A stretch of 64,000 bases of DNA from an uncultured Alphaproteobacteria bacterium. GTDB lineage: Bacteria > Pseudomonadota > Alphaproteobacteria > Methylaequorales > Methylaequoraceae. The DNA lies in the NCBI GenBank assembly GCA_902563305.1, contig CACEWP010000001.1, positions 40,130 to 104,129 on the forward strand. Reading direction: 5' to 3'. The position numbers were made by a program, and so were the translations under genes. The notes under the pieces are model-generated. The model saw only the letters and a program-made list of their open reading frames with translations, had not been told where the DNA came from and did not search any database. Below, piece after piece: positions 21,324-30,739 of this stretch (positions within the stretch are counted from its first letter, which is position 1; each line of letters begins with the position of its first letter).

Positions 21324-22106
21324 ATGAAGAAAATTAATATTGGTATTTTTGGCCCTTTCGGAAGGATGGGAAAAGATTTAATTGAACAAATTGTAAACTT
21401 TGATTCACTGAATCTTTCTTTTTTATGTGAAAAAAAAAACCATAGATCTATCGGAAAAAAAATTAGAGATATTTTTGTAAGAGATAGTATAAAAGATCTT
21501 ATTAACACTAGTGATGTAATTATTGATTTTACAACTCCAAGTGCAACTCTTGAATTATTAAAAATTATGAACAATCAAAAAACGAAAGTTTGCTTAGTGA
21601 CAGGAACAACAGGGTATAGCAAGGTGGAGGAAAAAAAATTCCATTCCTTGCTTAATGGAAGAACTATTTTACGTTCATTTAATATGAGTATAGGTATTAA
21701 TTTACTAAAAAATTTATTGAAGATTTCGTCAAAGAATATTGGGAATGAATCAGAGATAGAAATCGTAGAAGTTCATCACAATAAAAAAAGGGATATACCT
21801 TCAGGCACAGCACTCTCTCTTGCTCAATCAATTAATGAGGGGACCAATAACTTAAAAAAATTTAAATATAGAGAGGAAAACAAAAACAGAATTAGAGGAA
21901 AAAATGAAATTGGTTTTGCCTCAATTCGAGGAGGAGATGTAATAGGTGAACATAGTGTATATTTTTTTTTAGATGGGGAAAGAATTGAACTAAAACATAT
22001 TGCGTCTAGTAGGAGTATATTTTCTATTGGTGCACTAGAGGCTGCTAAATGGCTTTACAAAAAAAAACCAGGCTTGTATACGACAATGGATATGGTAAAA
22101 AATTAA
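21324..22106 (+). CDS. dapB: 4-hydroxy-tetrahydrodipicolinate reductase
   Basis: GRMG, IDFT, GTTG, EVHHNKKRDIPSGTA and RGGDVIGEH motifs. Confidence 0.95.
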   Translation: MKKINIGIFGPFGRMGKDLIEQIVNFDSLNLSFLCEKKNHRSIGKKIRDIFVRDSIKDLINTSDVIIDFTTPSATLELLKIMNNQKTKVCLVTGTTGYSKVEEKKFHSLLNGRTILRSFNMSIGINLLKNLLKISSKNIGNESEIEIVEVHHNKKRDIPSGTALSLAQSINEGTNNLKKFKYREENKNRIRGKNEIGFASIRGGDVIGEHSVYFFLDGERIELKHIASSRSIFSIGALEAAKWLYKKKPGLYTTMDMVKN

Positions 22107-22108
22107 TT

Positions 22109-22663
22109 ATGCTAGCTAGAAATTTTATATTATTAATTTCATTTTTTATTATTTCCGTGTCATGTGAGGAGAAAGTCTCTGAGAGTGATCTAAATGATTA
22201 CAAATCAATAATGGATGTTAGATTAGGCCACCTTGGGAATGCAATTATTTTGCAAGGAAGACTTCTCGATGCTTTCAATTTAAGAAATGATAGGTCAGAT
22301 GAAGATCACTTCAAAGAAGCAGAAGAATTAGTTCGAGGACATCTTGAATCATTTGGTCGACCTGATGATTTGGAAGATTTAAAAATACCCAATTCAAGAA
22401 AAATTCAGGAGATTCATAGGTCACTGATTGAAGCATCAGAACTGATGATATCAGCAACTAATGCACTCGAGGATAATGCTTGGCTTGGTGGATCTGTATC
22501 TTTTGCTGAAAGAAACTTAGAGGTAGCAAGATTTAATTTCCAAAATGCTGTTAAACTAGTTTATAAAGTTGAAGATGATAAGGAGGTAAAACCTGTTATG
22601 GAATACGAAGAATATGAAGTAGGAGAAACCCCTATTAAATCTGATAAACTTCAATCAGATTGA
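22109..22663 (+). CDS. Hypothetical lipoprotein (helical)
   Basis: Start adjusted to ATG 22109, 2 nt after the dapB stop. Hydrophobic stretch plus ISVSC lipobox; no family recognised. Confidence 0.6.
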   Translation: MLARNFILLISFFIISVSCEEKVSESDLNDYKSIMDVRLGHLGNAIILQGRLLDAFNLRNDRSDEDHFKEAEELVRGHLESFGRPDDLEDLKIPNSRKIQEIHRSLIEASELMISATNALEDNAWLGGSVSFAERNLEVARFNFQNAVKLVYKVEDDKEVKPVMEYEEYEVGETPIKSDKLQSD

Positions 22664-22670
22664 TATAAAA

Positions 22671-23579
22671 TTACTTGTTTATCATTGATCGATTTACCAT
22701 CCACCCACCTAAAACAATTAAGAGTAAACCATAAAGCATGTTTTGTGACAAACTTTCTCCTAAAAATAAAAAACCCCAAATTGAACCAAAACACGGAATT
22801 AGATAGTTGCTTTGACTTGCAAATACAGCTGTTCTTATTTTAATTAAGTTAAAAAAGATCAGGATTGCAAGTCCTGTACAAACAACACCAAGAATACTGG
22901 CTGAGAGGAAACTTTCCAAGCTTATATTTTGAAGATGAAAAATTTCAGAATTACCTGAAAAGAACAAATGAGAAACTAAAACTGGAAATGACAATATTGT
23001 TGCCAAAACAGTTGAAAAAGTAGCTATCTCAAGGGGTGTATTGTTATTAATTTTTTTAACTAAATTTGCTGATAAGCCATAGCAAAAAGAAGAGAAAATA
23101 ATTAAACACGAGAAACTTATAGTTGTCGACAAAATTGATAGATTTGAAGGATTAATAAAAACAATCATTCCAAAAAAACCAACCAATAAGCCAAAAACAC
23201 TAAAGAAGTTTAACTCAGTACCTCTAAATAATATAAAAGAAATCAGCAAGGTAAACAGAGGCATTGTTCCTATAAGAGTGGATGCAACAATACTATCTAC
23301 ATAAATTTCACTTAGACTAATAAGGTTGAATGGCAAAACATTCCCAAAAACAGCTATCCCGATTAATAGACCTGTATTTTTAGAAAACATTTTTTTAAAA
23401 GTATTTCTTTGGCAAAAAAACATAAGAAAGAATGATGCAATTAGAAGTCTATAAAAGGTCAAAAGACTTGGAGGGATTGTATCAATACTTAATTTTATAA
23501 ATAAGAAAGAGCTTCCCCATATGGCTGACAGTGAAATTAATGCTACATAACTTTTGAAGGGGATATTAAGATTTTTCAG
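22671..23579 (-). CDS. DMT/EamA family transporter (probable CTG start)
   Basis: The track ORF starts at TTG 23462, but the frame stays open upstream and encodes the EamA hallmark IWGSSFLFIK. An in-frame CTG lies at 23579. Confidence 0.8.
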   Translation of the reverse strand: MKNLNIPFKSYVALISLSAIWGSSFLFIKLSIDTIPPSLLTFYRLLIASFFLMFFCQRNTFKKMFSKNTGLLIGIAVFGNVLPFNLISLSEIYVDSIVASTLIGTMPLFTLLISFILFRGTELNFFSVFGLLVGFFGMIVFINPSNLSILSTTISFSCLIIFSSFCYGLSANLVKKINNNTPLEIATFSTVLATILSFPVLVSHLFFSGNSEIFHLQNISLESFLSASILGVVCTGLAILIFFNLIKIRTAVFASQSNYLIPCFGSIWGFLFLGESLSQNMLYGLLLIVLGGWMVNRSMINK

Positions 23580-23582
23580 ATT

Positions 23583-24050
23583 TTATCCAATACTATTTGA
23601 AAGTTTCAGAGCAGATTGAATTTGTGAAAGAAGTTTTTTTTTGTCATTATAATTTAAGAAAGATCCTAAAAGTACAACCTTATCCTTGGACTTAACAATT
23701 AAATTATGTTGGTGTCTGGCTGGATTTAAAATTTCCACCTTCGTCCAGTATGAGTCAAGATTCCAAGTTTGCATTTTTCCAGATGGAAAATTTCTAGTAA
23801 TACAGAGTTTTTGACTGAGCACCTTAACTGTCTCGAAGATTTCGCCTGACTTATAATTAATTTTAAAAGCGTAGTAAAGTAACAAAACATCTAGACCTAA
23901 AAATCCGAAGACTGGCCAAGCCCCAATATACCAAAAGAAAACGCCCACAGCAAAAAAAACAAAAGACACAATAAACATCAGGTTTCTAAAGCCTTTTTTG
24001 GATAGACTTCTATATGGAAGCACAGTTATATCTAAAAAAGTTTTTTCCAT
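23583..24050 (-). CDS. DUF2244 family membrane protein
   Basis: PYRSLS and GAWPVFGFLGLDV motifs; GSFL near the C-terminus. Confidence 0.85.
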   Translation of the reverse strand: MEKTFLDITVLPYRSLSKKGFRNLMFIVSFVFFAVGVFFWYIGAWPVFGFLGLDVLLLYYAFKINYKSGEIFETVKVLSQKLCITRNFPSGKMQTWNLDSYWTKVEILNPARHQHNLIVKSKDKVVLLGSFLNYNDKKKLLSQIQSALKLSNSIG

Positions 24051-24154
24051 ACAACTATATAAAGCTATTTTTTTTATTTTTAAAGTTATATTTATGTGAA
24101 ATATTTTTGAAATTCTATAATATCAAAATTTATATTATAAAAAGAAAGAATTAT

Positions 24155-25123
24155 ATGAATAAAAAAATTTTAGGAATGGGGAATGCAGTTTTGGATATTG
24201 TTTCATCCGTTTCAGATGATTTTCTGGCAAGTGCAAATTTAACAAAAGGGGCTATGACATTGGTAGACCAGAATGTATCTGATAAGATTCTAAAAAAAAT
24301 TAACCCAATAAAAAAAGATTCTGGTGGGTCAGTAGCAAATACAATAGTGGGAATCTCACTTCTAGGATTAAATTCATTTTTCTGTGGAAAAGTCAGAGAC
24401 GATGAGCTTGGCGACGAATTTATTTCAGATATGGAAAAAACTAAAACTAAATTTCTTTGCAAACAATCCACTCAAGGTTTGCCGACTGCAAGATGTATTG
24501 TATTCGTTTCGCCAGACGGTGAACGTTCAATGCAAACTTTCTTAGGAGCGAGCACAACTCTTGGGAAAGAGGATATAAAATCTGACTTTTTTAATGATAT
24601 AGATTATTTATTAATTGAAGGTTACTTATGGAGTTCAGAAAGCGCAAGAGAGGCAATCTATAAAGCTATCGAAATTGCGAAGATTAAAAAAATTAAAATT
24701 GTTTTTTCACTATCTGATCCAAACTTAGTGAAGATGTACAGGGATGACTTTCTTAAACTATTAAAGTCTGAGATAAATATTTTAATAGGTAACGAACATG
24801 AATTTAAAGAATTATTAGGTAATAACAATTTATTAAATTTTTTAAAAACACAGACAGTTGAAATGTTACTTAAAACAATGGGTAATAAGGGTGTTGAAGT
24901 TGTTGATTCTGAGGGATCTGAAATAATACCTTCATTCCAAGTTGAATCGGTATTAGATACTACAGGAGCTGGAGATATGTTTGCTGCGGGATTCTTATAC
25001 AAGTTATTAAAAGGCGAGTCGCCAAAAAAATCTGCTTTATTTGGCTGTAAAGTTGCGTCATTGATCATTCAGCAATACGGAGCAAGACTAACAGAAGAGA
25101 CTTTAAGTAATCTAGCTAACTAG
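24155..25123 (+). CDS. PfkB family (adenosine) kinase
   Basis: GMGNAVLD, SGGSVAN, GERSM and DTTGAGD motifs; start adjusted to ATG 24155. Confidence 0.9.
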   Translation: MNKKILGMGNAVLDIVSSVSDDFLASANLTKGAMTLVDQNVSDKILKKINPIKKDSGGSVANTIVGISLLGLNSFFCGKVRDDELGDEFISDMEKTKTKFLCKQSTQGLPTARCIVFVSPDGERSMQTFLGASTTLGKEDIKSDFFNDIDYLLIEGYLWSSESAREAIYKAIEIAKIKKIKIVFSLSDPNLVKMYRDDFLKLLKSEINILIGNEHEFKELLGNNNLLNFLKTQTVEMLLKTMGNKGVEVVDSEGSEIIPSFQVESVLDTTGAGDMFAAGFLYKLLKGESPKKSALFGCKVASLIIQQYGARLTEETLSNLAN

Positions 25124-25352
25124 TTAAAAAAAAGTTAATTATTCCAAATGCAAAAATTGGTATTTGAAAACCAAAATTTGTGAGAATCGCTTTATCTCTT
25201 AATAGATAGCCACTAACACTCCAGAATATAACACCTGAGCCATGTAAAAAAATATTTAAAGGATAGTAATTAAGGTTTGTCAAAAGTATGCCACTTAAGA
25301 CAAGGATAGTACCTATCCACTTATTTACTTCTGCAACTTTATTCATGAGCAT
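25116..25352 (-). CDS. Small three-TM membrane protein (DUF6552-like)
   Basis: KWIGT...YPLNI...W...D.AI..N pattern; fully hydrophobic. Confidence 0.55.
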   Translation of the reverse strand: MLMNKVAEVNKWIGTILVLSGILLTNLNYYPLNIFLHGSGVIFWSVSGYLLRDKAILTNFGFQIPIFAFGIINFFLTS

Positions 25353-25393
25353 AACTATTTGCTTTCCTAAATTTTTTGAGATTTTTACTGCTT

Positions 25394-27283
25394 CTAAAAA
25401 TCTATAATCGTTTTTAATTTTCTTAGTACCAAGTTAACAGGAATAGCATTAATATTTGTAGATTTAAAGGTCTTTTGAGAAGATATTGAAACATGAAGAG
25501 GATTACCAATTGGAGCAAACTTTTCAGCACTAGTTGGTCCAAAAAGCGTTAAGGTTGGAGTCCCAGTTGAGGAAATTAAATGACCACATCCTGTGTCATT
25601 ACTTATCCCTGCTTTGCAATTTTTTACAATTTTAATTGTTTCCATTGGGTTATTGCTTTTGAAAATTTTTATCTTCCCCCCAAACTCTCTAATTAAATTT
25701 CTCTCTAGATCAGTTTCTTTTGGACCTAAAATGAAGACTGGAAGAAGATTCCTTCTAATTAAATGTTCTGCGATATCAATGAAATTTTCAAAGGCCCATC
25801 GTTTCCAAATAACCGAAGCACCAGGACAAATAGCAATTTTATTATTATTAACCTTATTGTTAAGATTTGAAAATTTGACTTTTGAGGGACTGAGAACTTC
25901 AGACAAATTTACCAAGTGTTGACTAATATTTTTTTCGTCAGGATTTTCTGGAATTAAATCAGAAAACAAGTAATTTGCACATGAAGAAACAAAAATTTTA
26001 GTTTTAATTTTTTGTAAGATAAGGGTGGTTAAAAATCTTTTTTGAGTATCTATAACAATATCATAAGTTCCAAATTTATTTTTTTTAAACAAATCAAGAA
26101 TATTAGAACCAAAATCTTCTTCATAAATATTATCTATGAGGCCTGAAGCAATAGAACTTAGCTCGGTTCTAAAAATTGAATTTCCTTTTCCTGCTAACCA
26201 CGTTATTTGTGCATTAGGAAATATTTGTCTAAGACATTTAAGAAGAGGTAGTTTTAACAAAGCATCTCCTAGTAGATCTAATCCAACATAAACTAAAATT
26301 TTTACTTTCGATTTATCCTTTTTTTGGATTTTTCTTATTTCTTCATTGGAAACCCAAGTTCTGAATACCTGATAACGAACAACTTTAGGATTAATCCTTG
26401 GGTTAACTTTGCTGAAACAATATGTGAGAAGAAATTTATTAAAAAGTTTTTCTTTGTTTACTCTTCTTCTCCAAGATAAACACCGTGCAACTATCTTTCT
26501 TAGCGCCTTCCTTTTCAATGCTTTATTAACAAATGCTGCTTTTTCTAAAAAATTAAGAGTTGCTATTGAGAGGTCATAAAGGGTTTGAGCATTATTACTC
26601 ATTATCCTTTCTTTTATGAAAGAAGGTCCAACACATATAATTTTCTCAGTAGAAAAAACATTGAACTTTCTGGAGGTTTTTGAAATATATTGATTCCCAG
26701 CCACACGAAGCGGAAGTGAATAATCTTGAACAAAAACAGTTTCGTCGCAGCCCTTTACCTCCAAAATAGTTTCGGTTCTAATCATGAGATTGCTCGACCC
26801 ACCCCAACCATTTACAAGAAACTTTTCGAATGTATTTTGAATTTCTGAGGATTCAGGCTTATTATTTGTGAAATTATACTTATTAGGATCTGGACTCCAA
26901 TCCCAATCACCATACAAAAGATCGATATCTTTTTTTTGCATTTGTGATTTCATATATTTCAAACTATCTGGAGCGAGTATATCGTCGCCATCTAAAAGTT
27001 TGATATAAGAGTACTTGACAAACTTAAGAGCATTATTTGTTGCGATACTTGGTCCTGAGTTTTTCTGAGTAAAAATTTTATAATCTATTTTGCTAGATTT
27101 TAGAAAGTCTTTAGCAATTTTATATGAACGGTCTTTGGAACCGTCATCTACAACGATGACTTGATATTTTTCGGATTCTTCAAATTGATTTGTAGCGGAG
27201 TTTAAGGTTTGTAGAATATATTCTTCTTTATTATATAACGTGACAATTATTGATATGCCGTCTTTATATTTTACTCTTTGCAC
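25394..27283 (-). CDS. Fused GT2 glycosyltransferase + GT9 (heptosyltransferase-like) protein
   Basis: N-terminal SIIVTLYN, VVDDGSKD and LDGDD (GT2). C-terminal LLGD, CPGAS..KRW, SNDTG..H and LFGPT (GT9). One continuous ORF with GTG start. Confidence 0.85.
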   Translation of the reverse strand: MQRVKYKDGISIIVTLYNKEEYILQTLNSATNQFEESEKYQVIVVDDGSKDRSYKIAKDFLKSSKIDYKIFTQKNSGPSIATNNALKFVKYSYIKLLDGDDILAPDSLKYMKSQMQKKDIDLLYGDWDWSPDPNKYNFTNNKPESSEIQNTFEKFLVNGWGGSSNLMIRTETILEVKGCDETVFVQDYSLPLRVAGNQYISKTSRKFNVFSTEKIICVGPSFIKERIMSNNAQTLYDLSIATLNFLEKAAFVNKALKRKALRKIVARCLSWRRRVNKEKLFNKFLLTYCFSKVNPRINPKVVRYQVFRTWVSNEEIRKIQKKDKSKVKILVYVGLDLLGDALLKLPLLKCLRQIFPNAQITWLAGKGNSIFRTELSSIASGLIDNIYEEDFGSNILDLFKKNKFGTYDIVIDTQKRFLTTLILQKIKTKIFVSSCANYLFSDLIPENPDEKNISQHLVNLSEVLSPSKVKFSNLNNKVNNNKIAICPGASVIWKRWAFENFIDIAEHLIRRNLLPVFILGPKETDLERNLIREFGGKIKIFKSNNPMETIKIVKNCKAGISNDTGCGHLISSTGTPTLTLFGPTSAEKFAPIGNPLHVSISSQKTFKSTNINAIPVNLVLRKLKTIIDF

Positions 27284-27334
27284 TGAAGATTCCCTTAATC
27301 TTTCTTCTCCTCTGTTTTTAATATTAACACAAGT

Positions 27335-28024
27335 CTAATCTTTATCAATAGAGTAGCCAGAGGACCTGATAGTCCTTATAAAGTTTTTTTTTCCTTCGAT
27401 ATTTAATGATTTTCTAAGCCTCCTTATGTGAGTGTCAACAGTTCTTCGTTCAACATAAATCCCGTGTCCCCAAACAGAATCTAGAAGTTGTTCTCTTGAA
27501 AATACTCTGCAAGGGTTTTCCATAAGATGCTTTAAAAGATTATATTCCGTGGGTCCAAGATGAACTCTCGTTTTTCCTCTGAATACTTTATGTTCATTAT
27601 CCAAAATTTTAATGTCTTCAAACTCTAATATGTTGTTTTGAGTAGAAGTTGATCTTCTAATAAGGGCTTTTATTCTTGCAATAAGTTCTGCAGGGCTAAA
27701 AGGTTTTGATATGTAATCATCCGCCCCATATTCCAAACCCCTTATTCTGTCTTCCTCTTCCTCTCTGGCAGTCAACATTATAATCGGTAAATTACTGGTT
27801 TCTTGTTTTCTTCGCAGAATTTTACAAAGCTCTAATCCATTTGGTTCAGGAATCATCCAATCAAATATAGCCAATGATGGAATTTCTTCTTTAATCAACA
27901 ATAGTGCTTCTTCACCGTTAGTGGCTGATTTTACCTGAAATCCGTTTTTTTCAATATTGTAGGTAATCATTGGTAGTAATGATTTATCATCCTCCACCAC
28001 AAGAATTGTTTTTTTAGTTTCCAT
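27335..28024 (-). CDS. phoB: Phosphate regulon response regulator PhoB
   Basis: VEDD, FDWMIP, MLTAR, GADDYISKPFS, LGPTEY and RTVDTHIRRLRK motifs; follows phoU. Confidence 0.96.
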   Translation of the reverse strand: METKKTILVVEDDKSLLPMITYNIEKNGFQVKSATNGEEALLLIKEEIPSLAIFDWMIPEPNGLELCKILRRKQETSNLPIIMLTAREEEEDRIRGLEYGADDYISKPFSPAELIARIKALIRRSTSTQNNILEFEDIKILDNEHKVFRGKTRVHLGPTEYNLLKHLMENPCRVFSREQLLDSVWGHGIYVERRTVDTHIRRLRKSLNIEGKKNFIRTIRSSGYSIDKD

Positions 28025-28678
28025 TTATTTAAGAGTACCTTGAAGATTATAAATAACTTCTTTTGATATTACTTTTGATAGATCTCCAATTCTTTCTAAT
28101 TCTTTAGCGATAAATAACATTTGTGTACAAAACCCAATAATATCTCTATCTTCCATCATCAAATGTAAATGCTCTCTAAAACAAGTTTCATACACAGAGT
28201 TAATTGTGATATCTTCGGTAGGAACAGATCGTGCAATTTCTTTTGACTCTTGATCATAAGCACTTAGGGCTGTGGAAAAATTTTTTAAAACTAAAAGGCC
28301 AAGTTGGTGAATTGAATCAGTGCTATAGCTATCAGGAGATTTTTTTACTGATAATATCCTTCCAGCCACGTTGGATGCATGATCACCGATGCGTTCTAGT
28401 ATACTTGATATTTTCAGAGAAATAATAATCTGCCTAAGATCATCTGCAAGAGGTTGTCTTTTTGACAACGTAATGGTCGCAAATCCTCTTATTTTTTTTT
28501 CTAAAGCATCAATGCCTTTATCATTTTCTATAACTTCATTAGCTTTTGAAATATTGATTATTTTTATCAAGTCAACTGCTTGGAAGATTTGTTTTTCAAC
28601 ATTCAAACCCATTTTTGTTAAGTTGCTTTTTAGAGAATTTAAATCTTCATCATATGTTGTTACAATATGTTCTTTCAT
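28025..28678 (-). CDS. phoU: Phosphate signalling protein PhoU
   Basis: QPLADDLR and two LERIGD repeats. Confidence 0.95.
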   Translation of the reverse strand: MKEHIVTTYDEDLNSLKSNLTKMGLNVEKQIFQAVDLIKIINISKANEVIENDKGIDALEKKIRGFATITLSKRQPLADDLRQIIISLKISSILERIGDHASNVAGRILSVKKSPDSYSTDSIHQLGLLVLKNFSTALSAYDQESKEIARSVPTEDITINSVYETCFREHLHLMMEDRDIIGFCTQMLFIAKELERIGDLSKVISKEVIYNLQGTLK

Positions 28679-28681
28679 TTT

Positions 28682-29458
28682 TTAACCTATTTTTCCTGTT
28701 ATATAATCTTGAGTTTTTTTTTGGCTTGGTGTTGAAAAAATTTGATCTGTGCGCCCTACCTCGATTAAATTACCCATATGAAAAAAAGCAGTTTGCTGTG
28801 AAACTCTTGCAGCTTGCTGCATAGAGTGAGTAACTATTACAATAGTAAAGTTTTTAACTAACTCATCAATAAGTTCTTCAATTACAGCAGTTGCTATTGG
28901 ATCTAGTGCTGAGCAAGGTTCATCCATTAGAATGATTTGTGGACTAATTGCAATGGCTCTGGCTATGCATAGTCTTTGTTGTTGTCCCCCCGATAAAGAG
29001 GTTCCTGAATCATTTAGCCTATCTTTTACCTCTTCAAACAAACCAGCTTTTTTTAAGCTATATATAACTAGCTCCTCTAATTCATCATCGCTATTAACAA
29101 TTCCATGAATTTTTGGTCCGTAGGCAACATTATCAAAAATTGACTTAGGGAATGGATTAGGTTTTTGGAACACCATTCCTATCTTTGCCCTAAGTAAAAC
29201 CGGGTCGACTTCTGTGGAATATATATCTTCTTCATCAACAATAATTTTTCCTTCTATCCTACAAATATCAATCGTATCATTCATACGATTTATACATCTA
29301 AGAAAAGTAGATTTTCCACAACCACTTGGACCTATTAAGGCTGTGACCTTATTTGTAGGAATTTCAAGATTGATTTTATCAAGTGCTTTCTTCTGGCCAT
29401 AGTAAACATTAACATTTTTACTTTTTATTTTAATTTTTTCTGTCATAAAACCTCTCAT
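28682..29458 (-). CDS. pstB: Phosphate ABC transporter ATPase
   Basis: [25 protein letters not shown] and DEPCSALDP motifs; the start may be ATG 29446. Confidence 0.97.
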   Translation of the reverse strand: MRGFMTEKIKIKSKNVNVYYGQKKALDKINLEIPTNKVTALIGPSGCGKSTFLRCINRMNDTIDICRIEGKIIVDEEDIYSTEVDPVLLRAKIGMVFQKPNPFPKSIFDNVAYGPKIHGIVNSDDELEELVIYSLKKAGLFEEVKDRLNDSGTSLSGGQQQRLCIARAIAISPQIILMDEPCSALDPIATAVIEELIDELVKNFTIVIVTHSMQQAARVSQQTAFFHMGNLIEVGRTDQIFSTPSQKKTQDYITGKIG

Positions 29459-29464
29459 AATATT

Positions 29465-30739
29465 TTACCATTTTTTTTCAAACTTTTGTCTAATATATAC
29501 TGCCAATCCGTTCATCAAAATAAGAAAAGAAAGTAAAACCATTACCCCTGCCGCAGTAAGCTCAACAAAACCTCTAGCAGCAGTACTTTTCCAAAGATAA
29601 ATTTGAACTGGAAGAACAGTAGAGGAATCTAAAAATGACCCTGGAACATCAACAATAAACGCAACCATTCCTATCATTAATAATGGTGCGGACTCTCCAA
29701 GTGCTTGAGACATTCCAATGATGGTTCCTGTCAGAATACCTGGCAAAGAAAGTGGAAGTACATGATGAGTAACTGTCTGAAACTTCGTTGCACCTAAACC
29801 AATTGCAGCTTCTCTAATTGACGGTGGTACAGCCTTTAATGAAGCTCTGGTGGCAATAATAATTGTTGGAAGAGTCATAAGAGCTAAAACCATTCCGCCA
29901 ACGATGGGGGCAGATCTCGGTAAATGCATGACATTGAGAAAAATTGCTAAACCTAATAATCCAAATATTATAGAGGGTACGGCTGCTAAGTTATTAATAT
30001 TAACCTCAATAAAATCTGTAAATTTATTTTTTGGTGCAAGCTCCTCAAGAAAGACTCCTGCGGCAACGGCAATTGGAAATGATAGAATTAATGTTACAAA
30101 TAATGTAAAGAATGAGCCTACAAGCGAGCCCCAGATTCCTGCTTGTTCCGGTTCTGTTGAATCTGCCTTTACAAAAAAGTTTTTATTAAAATTACTTTCA
30201 ATATTATTTGCTGATCTTATTTCATTCAGCCAATTCAATTCGAGGTTAGAAATCAATCTATCTTCTTCTGCTATCAACTCCATGTCTGGATTTTTATTTA
30301 TAACATCAATTTTTGAGGAGGCTAATAACCATAAGGTGACTTTCTGGCCTATTAGTTGTTTGTTTTCTAGAACAAGTCTCATAAGGTTTTCTTCCTCTGA
30401 ACTAGAGATAAAGTTACTTAATTTGCGTAATTCGCCCTTGTCAGAAATTTCTGGAAAAAAACTATTTAAAGAGTTTTTGATTATTTTTTGAAAATTTGCG
30501 AATTTTATATCTTCTTCTTTTTGGTCATTGTCTGTGTAAATTATATCAGGATCAAAATATACTTCTAATTTTATATAAGTACTTAAAAAAGCTTTTTTCC
30601 CCTCCATAAAAATTGAACTAAGAATAATACATAAAAATGTGACTGCAGATGTTATACCTAGCAAACCATAAATCTTGAATCGTGATTCTTGTCTTTTTCT
30701 TTTTTTTAGAGAATATTCTATTTTTTTTAGGTTATTCAT
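29465..30739 (-). CDS. pstA: Phosphate ABC transporter permease PstA
   Basis: NLAAVPSIIFG, EAA loop and GESAPL motifs. Confidence 0.95.
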   Translation of the reverse strand: MNNLKKIEYSLKKRKRQESRFKIYGLLGITSAVTFLCIILSSIFMEGKKAFLSTYIKLEVYFDPDIIYTDNDQKEEDIKFANFQKIIKNSLNSFFPEISDKGELRKLSNFISSSEEENLMRLVLENKQLIGQKVTLWLLASSKIDVINKNPDMELIAEEDRLISNLELNWLNEIRSANNIESNFNKNFFVKADSTEPEQAGIWGSLVGSFFTLFVTLILSFPIAVAAGVFLEELAPKNKFTDFIEVNINNLAAVPSIIFGLLGLAIFLNVMHLPRSAPIVGGMVLALMTLPTIIIATRASLKAVPPSIREAAIGLGATKFQTVTHHVLPLSLPGILTGTIIGMSQALGESAPLLMIGMVAFIVDVPGSFLDSSTVLPVQIYLWKSTAARGFVELTAAGVMVLLSFLILMNGLAVYIRQKFEKKW

